Shown: positions 26,860 through 40,628 of the stretch, piece by piece
Position numbering within the stretch: the first letter of the stretch is position 1
Layout: each line of letters opens with the position of its first letter
Source of the DNA: the human T2T-CHM13v2.0 reference genome, Homo sapiens
Assembly: GCF_009914755.1 (NCBI RefSeq)
Contig: NC_060928.1
Direction: 5' to 3' (one strand)
Length of the DNA stretch: 64,000 nt
Program-made: the position numbers and the translations under genes
Notes under the pieces: generated by a model
Seen by the model: the letters and a program-made list of their open reading frames with translations, nothing else
Told to the model about the DNA's origin: nothing
Database searches by the model: none

Positions 26860-28265
26860 TTGTGACAATTAGGTGCCATGGTAACATGGATAAATACAAA
26901 GACTTGCCTTCTTCTGACATTCCCAGAGAGCATATACCGGAAAAAAGAAAACTGAAAAGTTATGAAGACACAAATTGCAACCTGTGTGGAGAGCCAGAAG
27001 ACCTCCAAAGCAGCTTTAAAGGAATTTCTATTCACCTATAGTCACCAGGCAGATACAGTTGAAGACCAACACGTTATCTAATTTTTAGAGTAGAAAAATT
27101 GCAATTCCACTTTGAGGCTAAATCCTGCCAAGTCTCTTATGCTATGGTGGGGTTTGCAGGCTAATACTCTCAGGCTTCTTTTTTAAAAAAATAAATAAAG
27201 TGTTATTTAAAGATAGTCACAACATTGGTTTACATAATATTTATGGCTGCTCTTGTGTTACAGTGGCAGAGCTGACATACTTGAGTTGTTTCAACAAAGA
27301 CAGTAGTGTCCACAGTACAAAAAAAAAATATTTCTTAACTTACCCTTTAAAGAAAATGTTTGTCAACCCCTGTGCCATGGCAGTGGAACTTGTGAAGAAG
27401 ATATGGGAAGCTGAGATAAGGGATGGAGTCTTTGAGAAAATGTAGATGAGTCTGAGAGAAGCTAAACTCCAAAACCTATGACCTACCATACCTTCATGTT
27501 GTGAAGGCAACAACACACCCACTTTTCAAAAACCACCCACTTTTATATAAGAAACTTGGATTGGTGAAACAATTGGACTTATTAAGCACCTCTATCACCT
27601 GTCATGTAACAAGAGTTGTGTAAACTTGAAAGAGAAGTGCAGGGAAACCATGGCTTATACCCTAAATTATCAAATGAGAAACGCTGGTATCAATCATTCA
27701 TAGTGTTAAATTAAGTTCACTAGAACTAACAGAATATTCCAATCAAGCTTAGCAAGATCCTGAAACACATGCAAGGGAGTGGGAGTTATACAAAGGGAAA
27801 TGAAATATAAGATTCTATTAGAAAAGTTTATTGACATGGGTGCGCTTATCTGGGTTTGGGGACTTCATGTTGCTTTGTTCTACTGGGAGTGGTGTTAATA
27901 GTTTATTAGGTTAACTAAATGAAATGTGGACTCAGTGCTAACCTCTAGTCAATAAAGTCAAAGTGTTGGAACTTCTTTTGCGCGCTACAGAAAGAGCAGT
28001 TTAAAGACTCAAGAGTTGACAATGCTGGAATTAATTTATTTTGAGCAACCTAATCAGCCGCCTGTTAATCATGACTCCCAGGAGGGCTCAGAGTATACTC
28101 CCTTCTCCAAGACCCTCAAAAGGTATTGACAAGGGAAGTTGCAGACAACAGCTTTTTTGAACTCTGTGGTGTCTTCTCTAGAATGGTATGGAAATTGCAG
28201 AGATTAATACCACCATAAAGGGGGATGGTGATCCCTGCAACATTCCCATTTAACTTGCTGGTTTA
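26860..28265 (+). mobile_element. ERVL-class (HERV16/ERVL-E-like) internal remnant: gag plus a short pol piece, interrupted by MER58A
   Basis: GAGAGCCAGAAGACCTCC...GCAGCTTTAAAG, AAGTCTCTTATGCTA, GTTTATTGACATGGGTGC, AATAGTTTATTAGGTT and CAGGAGGGCTCAGAGTATACTCCCTTC resemble ERVL gag. GGGATGGTGATCCC...CCCATTTAACT resembles the RT start. Confidence 0.65.
27148..27372 (+). mobile_element. MER58A hAT-Charlie DNA transposon
   Basis: AAATAAAGTGTTATT...TATGGCTGCT...GGCAGAG...CCCTTTAAAGAAAATGTTTGTCAACCCCTG, with an 8-bp TSD TGCTATGG/TGCCATGG. Confidence 0.85.
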
Positions 28266-28598
28266 AGCAGTAAAACGGAGGCACAGAAAAGTAAAGTAAC
28301 ATGCCCAAATTAGTCTAATTCACGGATTTTGAAACCACAATTCCTCTTCATAACAAGTACATGACATTTGACATTCAAACAGCTATGAATTTAATTGAAG
28401 TCAATGGAAGTAGAAATTGAATATCAAGAGAATTTTAGCACATAAAAGGTCCAGATTTGCTGGTGGAAAGGGAATAATGTACTTTAATTGCAAAGCAATA
28501 ATGAATTATAAAACAGAAAAAGATGATACACTCCAAAATCTGTTTTCTTTTTTTGAAAGAGAGGGCAGAGAAATTTTCTGAGTTTCTCTGGAATATCA

Positions 28599-28929
<331 letters not shown>

Positions 28930-28986
28930 TTATTGAAAGTATTGTTCCTTTGAATCATATCAGTACCTATGAAATACCAGTTACAT

Positions 28987-29006
28987 TATATATATATATA
29001 TATATA
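28987..29006. repeat. (TA)n microsatellite
   Basis: Pure TA run of about 10 units. Confidence 0.9.
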
Positions 29007-29774
29007 AAATTGAGGTTGGTGGTGACTATTAAAATATAAGAATTAGAATATTTTCTATTATAAATAATTGGGGATATTAATTATAGAATTAAGCTACCAA
29101 GTTTAAGAGACTCTAGTCATGGAATGTTTACAGTGTATCGTGCAAAGACGTTTATCTGTTTATGACCTAGGTAATGAGTTTTGCTATCCTAAGGGAGGAA
29201 GAAATGGTCTAAAGTGATTAAAACATTCTGCAACTTCCTTTTATGATCCCCAGGGATCAAAGTCAGAAGGCAGTTCAAGGGATGAATGTGGCCTCCATTT
29301 TCTCTGGCATAAGGTTGAATGATTGAGGAAAGAAGCAGGTGAAGTGACTTTTATCCTAGAGAGAAGGATGGCAATAAGGATTTTGGACTTCTATGGTTGT
29401 GGATGGAGGTAGACCCTAAGTACAGTATCGTTAAACTTATAAAGAAAGTAACGTTGCATTTATTTTATAATGAACTACTTGATATCTTAAAAGCGAATCT
29501 GAATGCTGATATTTAAAGTGACCAGAAAAGCTATAAATCAGCCTAAGCATTCATTAAAGCAAGGAATGATAACGATGTGGATTAATAAGACAGTGAAGAG
29601 GATTTGTTTATTTGTTTGTTTTAAGCATTGCTCTTAATTTACACCTTTTTGAGTCCAGTTCCTCAATAAACAATAAAGGACTTTGCCAGATGGAAAGCAT
29701 CCGAAATAATGATTGCATGTAATTCCTGTAAGTTCTTGAGTCATCAAATTTTATACTTAGAACAAGTATTTATC

Positions 29775-29880
29775 TCAAGAAACTGAGGCTCATAAGAGTT
29801 AATTTATTCCTAATGCATCACAGTGTGTATCAGATACAAAGCAAGAATTCCATGCCAGGTTTCCCTGACTCAAAAAGTCA
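29775..29880 (-). mobile_element. MIR SINE fragment
   Basis: GAAACTGAGGCTCATAAGAGTTAA...TCACAG...GAATTCCATGCCAGGT...CTGACTCAAAAAG matches the antisense MIR core. Confidence 0.6.
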
Positions 29881-31406
29881 TTTTTCCTATATCTCACAAC
29901 TACCTGGTTAACATAATAGCAGTCAATATCAATCCTTAGATCCAAGTGACCACTTGGTTACTTTAACTGTCAGTGAAATCAAATGAGATAAGAGCCCGAT
30001 GAAGGACACACTAATACTTCAGTATAAATTTAGAGCAATCCCAAATTAGTAAAAAATGGCAGGATAGCACAAAACTGCTCCTAGATTGATTTTCACCTTT
30101 AGAAACAGATACTGTGCAGCATATTATCTGACCATATTACCTAGAATGCATTTCATTCAGAACATTTTAAATCCTATGCTATTTGTAAGCATATTTTTAT
30201 GCAGAGCCAATTGTGCCACACATGTGAACCACAAGAAAAAAACACATAGGTATTCTAGGAAAAAAATGTATTTAGAGTAGAGATGGTGTTGGATTACTAT
30301 GTCTTTATGAACACCATAAGGATGCCTTATATATAGCAACTGTTGTCATATTTCTAGCATGTGAGTTACAAAAAAACTACTTTCAGAATGTATGAATAAA
30401 GATATTCATTTTGTAGTCTGTAGCAATTTATGCCAATTAAGCCATATATGCTGCATTATATATGCGACAACTATTTTACTGTCTTCTTAGCTTCCTTGTT
30501 GCAATTCTGTGTTTTGGTAAGCTTACTATCAAAGTAAGCACACATTTTCTTGGCATTAAAACTGGCTACTTCATGCTAAATTATTATTCAGTATAATGTG
30601 TTATTCATAGTATTCAGTTACCTGCGAAGTGCTTATACATCTCACTGGGCATCTTAGTTGGCAGCACAGTTTATTTAACGAATCTTTTTAACTTCCTATA
30701 AATAAGTTGAATGAAGAGTAATGCAATACAATATTGTTTTGACTTTTTATGTAAAAATGATGAGACACTATGATTAATAAGCTGGTTCTCTACAAAATGT
30801 AAAATGGAGAGAAAAAAACACGATACCAGTTATTAGTGATCTATTGTCATCTGTAATTATAAGTCTAAGTCCAATACTGGGCAGTCTCATTTACAGAAAA
30901 TGTGGCAGAAATTAAGAGGGAATCTAAGAAGAGCAACAAATTAATGAATACATAAAATTCCCTGTATAATTTTCTTCTGTAGTAATACTTAGTGTAAGAA
31001 GGAAAGGAGGAAGGAGAACTTATTTCCGGTATTCAGAATTTTACAGAGAACATTAAAAAATTAGCATTGTTTGCCTACTGATTTACCCTACTATGAAATC
31101 TGCAACAGAGACACACGAAAATTACGGAGTCATACATTACGAACTGGCCAAGAAAAAGTTGTTTTATGCTTAGTTATCTTATTTTAATAAAACAAGTCTT
31201 CTGTACAATCGGTGAGACAGGTATTTGTAGAACACGCTTATTTTCCTCCCTTTGTAAGGATTCAGCATGGGACAGAGAAATAATAACTTCACCATATTAC
31301 TGGAATTCAATCTGGGATAAAAACTTACCCTAAAAAAATTATTACATGGGGAGAAAAGGAGAATAGGGTAGAAGCAGACCTCACTCATTAAAGAATTGGT
31401 TTTGCC

Positions 31407-31438
<32 letters not shown>

Positions 31439-33254
31439 GGTTTCCAGAATCTCAGGCCAATTCCAGCCTACCCCCTTCTTTGTATAAATTACAAAAATGC
31501 ACCTTTTCTTGAACCAAGTACCTTCACATGAGCCCAATGAGAAGAACAGAGAGAACAGTAGATTTGCGAGGTCACTAACCTTTCACAGACAGTAAACTGT
31601 AAAACTGTAGAATGTGGCAAATTGTATTAGCTCCGAGACCTCTCAATCCTCTCCTAATCTAAGCATTTTATTCTTTTGTAAACATTCATATTTTGGTGTA
31701 TGTTCAATGTTAATGCAGATTGAAATGCCATGAAGAAAGAAACCAGGTATATCTGATTGCAGTAAAAAGGTGAAGGGAGGTCACTTTCAATTACGTAGTA
31801 ATTTGTTATTGTCAATTTTAAAAATCTTCCAACAATACAAATAAGCAAACCTGTTGTCAATTATTTCAGAAAATCAGAATAAATGTTTCTCACAACTATC
31901 AAATTACATAATCCTTAGCCTAACAATTATAAAATAATTGTTTCTAAATATTTTGTAACTAATTCCCGTGTGCAAGGAGATGTTCTGCATCCATAGTGTT
32001 CAATAAATATTCTTGATAAAAAAATTCACCTAATAAAGTAAGAAAATGTAAATGCCTTTTAATTGGTTTTTGAATGTTGGCATAGACCAATTTCTCTATC
32101 AAGTCGCTTAAGGAATACGTATTTGAAAATGTGTGTATTCTGATGCAAAATCCAAAATAAACAGTTTTAAAAATCAGCCTGATTTGTTTTAAATAGACAG
32201 TGATATGTGGCTGATGTTGAAAAAAAAAATGCAGTTAAAAGCTTCAATAAAACGTTTAATCAATTTCAATGAATACAGTTTCCCAAACTGATTAAATTCA
32301 TTTTGAGTTCCTATCATGTATCAGGCATTAAGTTTGGTTTTTGATGTTAGGGATTAAAAAAGTGAATAAAAGTTAATCCTCAACCTGAAAGAGCTTACAA
32401 TTGGCTCTTGACAACATAATTTTTACCAAAATGAGTTCTTGAGAGGAGTAAGAATCACCTTTGCCCTAATGCTTCCCTACAGTAAATTGGTTATTCTGAC
32501 GGTGTTCCTATCTAATTCCAATAGCTTGCTTCAGAGGTACAAGTAGCTAAATTACAGGTCTGTTTATACAGTTCTCCTGGTTTCTTACAAGTATAATACA
32601 CATGCTCTATTTTTTTTTCTGTCATCTACAGTGGTCGTTTATGTACAATGATGGTTTATATAGTTTGCAAGAAAACAATACAAATAGAAACAAATAGGCA
32701 ACGAGAACAAAATTAAAATACCTTTCTAAAACTATTGTTAAGAATTCAAATTTAAAAATAAAATCTAGTTGAAACAGTTCCTGTCATTAACCAAAAAAAA
32801 ACATGCATAGCAATTTCAAGGAGATATATTTATTTTCTTAAGCTTCATACCATCAAATAAAATGACTGGTATTCATAGAACTTTATAGTTCTAAAATCAT
32901 GGTGCCTTACACTAAGTAATTTTATTTTTGGAAAATAGTTTAAAGTGATAAAAAGGCCACGAAAATAAATTTATTAAAAATTGTATTTTGAATGAAAGGT
33001 TACATAGGCCAAGAAAATGTGGGCTATGATGAAGGAATGATGAAGGCCAGAGGAAGGAGCTGCTTACCCTCTCTCTTCAGTTTCATATAGTGTTCCTGTA
33101 AACATCGGCACTTACAGGCCTTGAGGGTGTTTCAGCAGATAAACTTCAAAGAAATCTGAATGTGATGTCTTACTCAAAGCCCTAAATGGCCATGGTAATT
33201 AACTAAACTGTCCTTCAGAAATCATAAGTCTCAGTGTAATTTACCGGCTACTTC

Positions 33255-33404
33255 CCTCATAGGTTGGGTAATTTTTGTGTAATCTTACCCTGAAGCTATA
33301 AATTGGTTTGTGGCCTACCTAAAGTTTATCCTCATAGATTGGGTAATTTTTGCGTCATCTCACCCTGAAGCTATAATTTGGTTTGTGGCCTACCTGAAGT
33401 TTAT
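33255..33404. repeat. Tandem duplication, 2 x 75 bp
   Basis: CCTCATAG...CCCTGAAGCTATAA...GGTTTGTGGCCTACCT.AAGTTTAT at 33255-33329 and 33330-33404, 6 mismatches by manual count. Confidence 0.92.
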
Positions 33405-33514
33405 AACTCTAGAGTGATATTTTATTTTGATGCTAAATTGTCCTTGGATGGAAGTTGGCAGTATGCAAATTTGTTATGTGATTCTGTAGCCACACAGACC
33501 TGGTTTAACTTTCA

Positions 33515-33963
33515 TGTCACAAAATTGTTAGTGATTTTTGCTTTGCGTGGATCTTCAAATTGAAGTCACATAAGTTGAGCATTGCTGGATGAACCAAGCG
33601 TGCAACCACAGGAAGAACATAAGTGCTTGGACTGAGGAACAAGCACTGAATTAAGAAGTAGACATCACATGGGAGGATTTAGGATCCAATCAGATCAAGC
33701 CCTAGAGTTTCTTCATGGCAGGATCCAGACAGATCATACCTCCCAGCATCACTTCACTGCAAGGTCCAATCAGATCATGCTTTATTACTTTCTGACAATA
33801 AAACCTGCCCCACCCTCAGCTTGGAGAAGAAAAATTTAAACCTGACTCCTGTCTCCTTGCTTGGCTGCCGGGATAGAAACCCTTTTCTCTACAAAAACCC
33901 AGTGCTTTGGTGTTTGACTTCTGTTGTGAATGAGAAAACAAACCCAAATTTGGTTTGCTAATA
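33515..33963 (+). mobile_element. LTR47-family solo LTR (ERVL)
   Basis: GAACCAAGCGTGCAACCACAGG, CTGAATTAAGAAG, repeated GATCCAATCAGATCA / ATGGCAGGATCCAG units, and CTCCTGTCTCCTTG. Confidence 0.75.
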
Positions 33964-34544
33964 ATTCTACTTCCCTTTTCATACTCTCATTTTGTAATCC
34001 CAGAGAAACTCATAGTGATAACTTTTTATCTATTTGTCTTTATTTTATAAAATTTAGTGTTATGCTTTCTAGAAGTTTGAATATTGTTAAGGTTTTTGAA
34101 ATCAAAAAATGAATAATTTTTGTGGAGTGTCTAATTTTGCCCAGTATACTTTGTCGTTCCACATAGAAAACATCTCCTACTTACACAACTGACCTTAATT
34201 CATGAAAACTTCCAGGAATGTGGAGTGTACCATACTGTAGAGGATTAAAATATATGATAAAGCAGAACTAAGAGTAGATTTACTACCTGATCTTCTAAAG
34301 AAACAGGAAAGACCTAATCTTCAAAACCCCTTTTTGGATGACTCTAATTTAATTTTAAATTCTACTCTCCTTGTAAGACTCAAAAATAAGAGTTATGAAA
34401 TCAGCTTTAATAATGACCTAAGGGGAAAGATGACTTTTCTTCTGTGAAAATGTAGAAATGTCATAAATACCTTCTCTAAAATTATATGGAAGCTTTATTC
34501 TACATCTTTGAGAACCAGTTCTGGTATTGGCTAAATTTGAATTA

Positions 34545-35765
34545 TAGTCATGTGCTAAATAATGACATTTCAATCAATAATGGATCATGTATAACAATGA
34601 TGGTACAACAAAAGTATAACAGAGCTGAAAAGTTCCCCATTGCCTAGTGACATCACAGCCATTGTAAAGTCTTAGTGCAATGATTATTTCTGTATTTGTG
34701 GTGATGCTGGCGTAAACACACCTATTGTACTGCCAGACCTATAGAAGTTTACAGCATGAAAAATTTTGTGCAGTACATATTACTTGATAATGATTAAAAA
34801 ATGGCTGTGCTGCTGGTTTATGTGTTTACTGTGCTTCTTATCACTATTTTAGAGTATACTCCTTCTTCTTATTAAAAAGTAACGTGAGCTATAAAACAGC
34901 TTAGGTCATGTCCTTCAGAACGTATTCTAGAAGTTATTCTTATCATAGATGACAGCTCCATGTGTTACGCCCCTGAAGACTTTCCAGTGGGACAAGACAT
35001 GAAGGTAGAAGACAGTGATATTGATGATCCCGACCTTGTGTGGACTGAGGCTAATGTGTGTGTGTCTTAGTTTTCAATTAAAAGTTTAAAAAGTAAAAAA
35101 ATAGTTAAAATAGAAAAAGCCTTTTAGAATAAGGATATTCTAAAAGTTGTAAGTTAAAATAGAAAAAGCCTTTTAGAATAAGGATATTAAGAAAGAAAAT
35201 ATTTTTGTGTAGCTGTACAATGTACTTTCTAAGACAAGTCAAAAAGTTTTTAAAAATTGAAAATTTTCTTAAGCACAAAAGTTATAGTAACATAAAGTTA
35301 ATTTATTATTAGAGAAAAAAGTATAGATTAGTGTAGCCTAAGTGTACAGCATTTATCAAGTCAACAGTAGTGTACTATAATGTCCTAGGCCTTCATATTC
35401 ATTCACGACTCACTCACTGACTCACCCAGAGCACCTAATCCTGCGTGCTCCATTCATGGTCAGTGCCCTAGACAAGTGTACCATTTTTTATATTTTCTCC
35501 TGTTATTTTTACTGTATCTTTTCTATGTTTAGTTATGTTTGAATACTCAAACACCATTATGTAACAATGCCTACAGTATTCAGTACAGTAACATGCTCTA
35601 GAGATTTGTAGACTAGGAACAGTAAGCTGTACGATATAGCGTAGGTGTATAGTAGGCTATACCATCCAGGTTTTTACAAGTACACTCTGGCGTTGGCTTA
35701 ATGACAAAATTGCTTAGGGATGTATTTCTCAGAGCCTACCTACATCATTAAGTAATGCATGACTC
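34545..35765 (+). mobile_element. Tigger3 (GOLEM-derived, Tigger3b-like) non-autonomous DNA transposon
   Basis: Terminal inverted repeats (TAGTCATGTGC..AATAATGA / TCATTAAGTAATGCATGACTC) flanked by TA. Internal GCCCCTGAAGACTTTCCAGTGGGACAAGA and ACTCACTCACTGACTCACCCAGAGC. About 1.2 kb. Confidence 0.9.
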
Positions 35766-37633
35766 TACCTATTTTATTGTCTTTTTTATGTTTAGGCCTC
35801 TCTTGATTTGCTCCATGTAAAGTTACTTTTTATTGTATGACACTTAATTTCCCCAAAATTGTGTTTCAAAAATCAAAAGATTATAACCTATTCTAATAAA
35901 ATCTGATAATTTTTTTACATTGCCCTGATAAATGTTTTTTCAATGCACATCATAACTTCCAGGGACCTATTAGAATTTATCACATCTATTTTAATATAAT
36001 TTTAAATAATTATAATTATAAATTTAAACTAAAAATACAGTGAAATTGTTTGAATAGAAATGTTTGAAATTTAATTTTTTTAGTTGTGAATTTAGGAAGA
36101 ATTATCACATCCATGTTTCTGAATATTATTTCTACTTCTAGGGATCACAAAATAGCTTATTCAGTTCTATTGCAACATGGCATTGCAAGCTTGTATATAA
36201 TTGCCTTCTATTATCACCTCTGGGTCTCTTTTGGCACTGAACACAAGTTTTACCTGCCCCTTGAATGTGCCAGGTTATTTTTCCCTGGATGCCTTAGGTG
36301 GTTTGCATTTTTACAAGCTAACTCTGAGTTTGAACAATCTTTTCCATATTTCTAACCTGTTTTAGCGCAGCCATATTATTTTTCCTCTCTTCACTTTGGT
36401 AACCTGTACAAATCTAGAGTAACCTGAAAATTTATGTTTATATTCTGATCTAGCTATTCTCCCAGAGTCCTAACACTAGAGTCAATATTTTTTGACTTGT
36501 ATAAAGCAGAATAAAATTTTAATAGGTGTCTGGAATGACCTGACAATAAGGATAACCTCATATTTATGAAATAAGAACCTGATTTGAAAGTCATGACTAT
36601 GTAATTATTGTGAATGTACATTCTTAAACATTTTTGTAAAGTTCTTGAACATTTTATGTTAAATAATGAAATAAGCTGTAAATGGTAGTTTGAAATTCTT
36701 GCTTACTAAATGACAGCATTCTCTTCTTGAATTTGGGGAAATTATCATCGTCAAGTTAGACAAAATGCTCTGCCAATTGTCATAAGTTTTATCATACAGA
36801 TTATTTTTTAAATTGTATATTTTGCATTCATTAAAATCTATCACATAAACTATATTTTGAAGTAGTTTTTAAAGCTCTATCATATGTTTACAGCAATATG
36901 GCTTGGTAGCTTCATTAGATTATCTATATTTTAAAATATTGTTAAAATAAGTAATTTTTGGCCATACTTCTGGCATTGTTTTTGCATTGTTGGTGAATGA
37001 AAACAGTTACTTGAAGAAAGCTTTATTGCCATTTTTGTGGGAAATTAAACTGTTCAATAATAAAGTTGTTTAATTAGGAAAAATAAAGTCAAAAACATAA
37101 TATGACTGTAATCATAATGAATGTGGTAATTCAACTTCGTAAATTACTTTCCTAACCACTGATCTTCCAAAGTCTGTGCTTTCAATGCATTTTCTAATGT
37201 CGCCCCTTGCAGTAATCTTTATCTGTCTTCTCTCCCTTTGATTTCATTAGACTTCTTAAGTAGAAGTTTTTTTCTCCCATAAATAGGTTTGTCCTTTTCC
37301 ACAGTTTCCCATTAAAATAAAGACTGTACAAAAAGGAGTGCACAGGCAAGATATTATATTTTTCATTTGCCTGCTGCTTTACTCTCATTAGTCTTCCCTC
37401 CTTTGATTTCCTTTTAGGAGCTGTGCTCATGGTGCAGTGTGTGTTTTCATGGCTGGCTTAAATGGTTCATCTTTTGCAAATCTTCAAGGTAGATAAAGAA
37501 GCTTTTTAGTAGATGTTAATTCCTTTACATAATCTCCAATTTCTCAACTCTGGCTTTTTTCAATTTCTTCAATAAATAAATACTGACAAAAAAAACAAAG
37601 CAGAACAAAGATGGAGAACTTTACCTCATTTAA

Positions 37634-37984
<351 letters not shown>

Positions 37985-39602
37985 AAGAAGACTGATATTT
38001 AAAAAAAAAAAAATAGTACTTTGAAAACTCTTAATTATGTCATAGGTTCTACTACTACTTATTGAATCTCTAGAGTTAATGATCTTTTCTCTGTTCTTAG
38101 CTCTCTCAGAACACTTCTTGAATTACATTTGTTCCTGACAGAATAACAAAATAAAACTACCTTATTCGCTTTTTACTCTGCATATTCACCAATGAGATTT
38201 GCAGTGCTTTTTAAATGTCCATTTATATTTTAAATTATTAAGAGTAATTTTTCTCTCTTAGCACAAAGGAAAAAATAAAACATTTTGAGGGACATGCTCT
38301 AATTTAAGATATTCTTTCCTAAGACTAACATCAACACACAGAGATTTTAGGAAAAAAGAACATGGAAACCGTTTTCTCCACAAATGCTTTTTGGGACCTT
38401 GGGGCAGGCTTTGCATTATGGCCACTAACATCTGAAAGTGGGATTAAAGAGGAATGCATTCCTAACCCTGTTGTATTTCTACCAAGGAGAGAAAATAATT
38501 ATGCTTGCATAACTAATCTAATACTTTCTCAGAGACTTAGAAAATTGTCTTTTCAAATAATTATCTATTTTCTTTTGCCTAAGTGCTTAAAGTTCCAAGT
38601 CAAAAGGATATTGCATTATTTTAGCAAGTCTTTATTGAGAGAGAGCTTCCTTCATGTCAAGCAAAGCATGGCTTGTTGCTGTTGATACAAGCCAGTCAAT
38701 ATCTTCTTGGAAGTATTTTTTTTTCTTTGTTTTTCTTTTTTTCAACACACAAACTTTGAGAACCTCATTGTTCTATATGATCTTTTCCTGTATTCTTAGC
38801 TTCAAATTAACAGAATTTATCATGAAATATGATTGTGAGAGAGTTAGCAGTCTGGTCGTAGTCTGCCCATAGGAGACCAATGCATTTTAACAGAAACCTT
38901 GGGGAGATAATGGTGTCAACTTTTATTATTTCTGTAGAATGAAGTAAGAAAGTCAATCTTTGAGAAAATTCAAAGAATGCAGACATTTTTGAGGACAGAA
39001 GGATTTGTGGATTTTTTCAATTAACCCTACAGGGTCAGCCCCAGGATTATGGATTACTCATCTTTCATCTTAATCAGCCACTTTCTTTATCAGAATGTTA
39101 ATTGAGACAATTGTCTCAAGCTCAAGACCCTGATGGCATATTCAAATGAAAGGATTCAAAAAAATGTCTGAAAGATTCCAGAAGCTAACTTATCTAAAAC
39201 CAAACTCATTACCACCTTCCCTTACACACACACACACAAACAAACAAAACAAAAACAAAAACAAAAAACCTATTTTCAAATAAATAATGCAGTGTTTAAA
39301 CAATTATTTCTGATCTTGGCTAATGCTTTCAACTTAGTATTACAATTTAGCATCTGTGAAAAATCTATGGATTAGTGAAACCCATCCCCCATCAAACTCT
39401 TCAGGCAATCAATTACACCTCAACAATATCTTTGGAATCTTACTTTTCCTTTCCATTCTTGCTGTCATAAATTTAGGTTAGGACTTCCTTTTTTCTCTAT
39501 AGCCCATTGAGAAATTTACTCATCACTCTTAACTCTAGCCCATATTCCATATTGCCTCTGTAATTAATCTTCATAAAACAGTAGCTTCATTTTCTTGGGA
39601 AT

Positions 39603-40628
39603 TATATTAGTTTGCTAGGGCTGCATAATAAAATACCACACCCTAGGTAGCTTAAACACCACAAATCTATTTTCTCATCATTCTGGAGGCTAGAAGTACA
39701 AGATTAGGTTGGGTTGCTTCTGAGATCTCTCTTCTTGGCTTGTGGATGACTGCCTTCTTGCTACGTCCTCACATGTTCATGCTTGGGTCTGTGTGTTGTC
39801 TGTGTCCTAATCTCCACTTCTTATAAGAGGAGATTGGATTAGGGTTTATTGATATAACCTGATTTTTCCTTCATTACCTCTGTTGTGACTTTCTCTAATT
39901 TGGTCTTGTGGTATCTCTGTCAAGGGTGACTATAAGTCTATAAGTGGTCATAAGAGTCCTGATGGGAGGAGTTAGGTTTATTTGTATTGATCAGGTAGGG
40001 GTAAAACCAAAAAGCTTAAAACAGAAGTACCATATTAATTACACATACAAAGAGAATAAGGGTGTCCATGTGGGCTGATGGGAAGCATCAGAGAGCTCAA
40101 TCAGAGGATGGGGAGGAAGAGACAGAGAGACAGAGACAGAGAGAGATGAGAGAGAGAGAGAGAGAGAATGAATAAGAAACTATGGAACTATGCCATCTAT
40201 GCCTTTTTTAAAGTCCATGGGCATTATCCTCTAGGCTTTCCATATGGATTGTAAATTGTCTAGTTTAAAAAAAAAACACTCTCTAAGGGAGAAAATTATT
40301 TGTATGACTCTGGAGTTAATTATTAGATTTTGTCATAGAAGCTAAGGGATGTGTTGGCTTTTGGTTCTGTGAGATAAGGAAAAAAACGCCTCAGATATAT
40401 TGCAAAAATAAACACACACACAGAGGGAAAGTTTTGACTAAGTCAAATATGACAGGGACTGGGTTTCAAATAACTGATATCAGACCTAAAAACGGATGCT
40501 GAATCAGCAACTATATTAAACAAATTTGTGACAACTTCTAACTCCAAATACAGTAACACTCTTAATTATTAGAGTGGGTTAGGACTTTACCATCTGAATT
40601 ATGAAAAGACACAAGTCAGCCCATAACA
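39603..40628 (-). mobile_element. MLT1A/B-type MaLR LTR, interrupted by a nested LTR
   Basis: TATTAGTTTGCTAGGGCTGC..TAA.AAAATACCAC...TTCTGGAGGCTAGAAGT...CTTCTTATAAG...GATTGGATTAGGG. It resumes at ~40534 with CTCCAAATACAG...GACACAAGTCAGCCCATAACA. Confidence 0.85.
39881..40533 (-). mobile_element. ERVL-class solo LTR (MER76-like) nested in MLT1
   Basis: TG...CA ends, 653 bp, 5-bp TSD ACCTC/ACTTC, minus-strand AATAAAC, and an internal (GA)n tract at ~40118-40147. The minus strand begins TGTCACAAATTTGTTTAATATAGTTGCTG. Confidence 0.7.

Noticed and set aside
33255-33404. Possible CRISPR-like or repeat-spacer array (also 18517-18602 and 35103-35188)
   Set aside because: Only two units each, no series of unique spacers, no cas genes, and a eukaryotic context.
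38362-38685. 107-aa ATG-initiated ORF in unique sequence
   Set aside because: No recognisable domain, promoter or splice context. The length is compatible with chance in 64 kb read in six frames.
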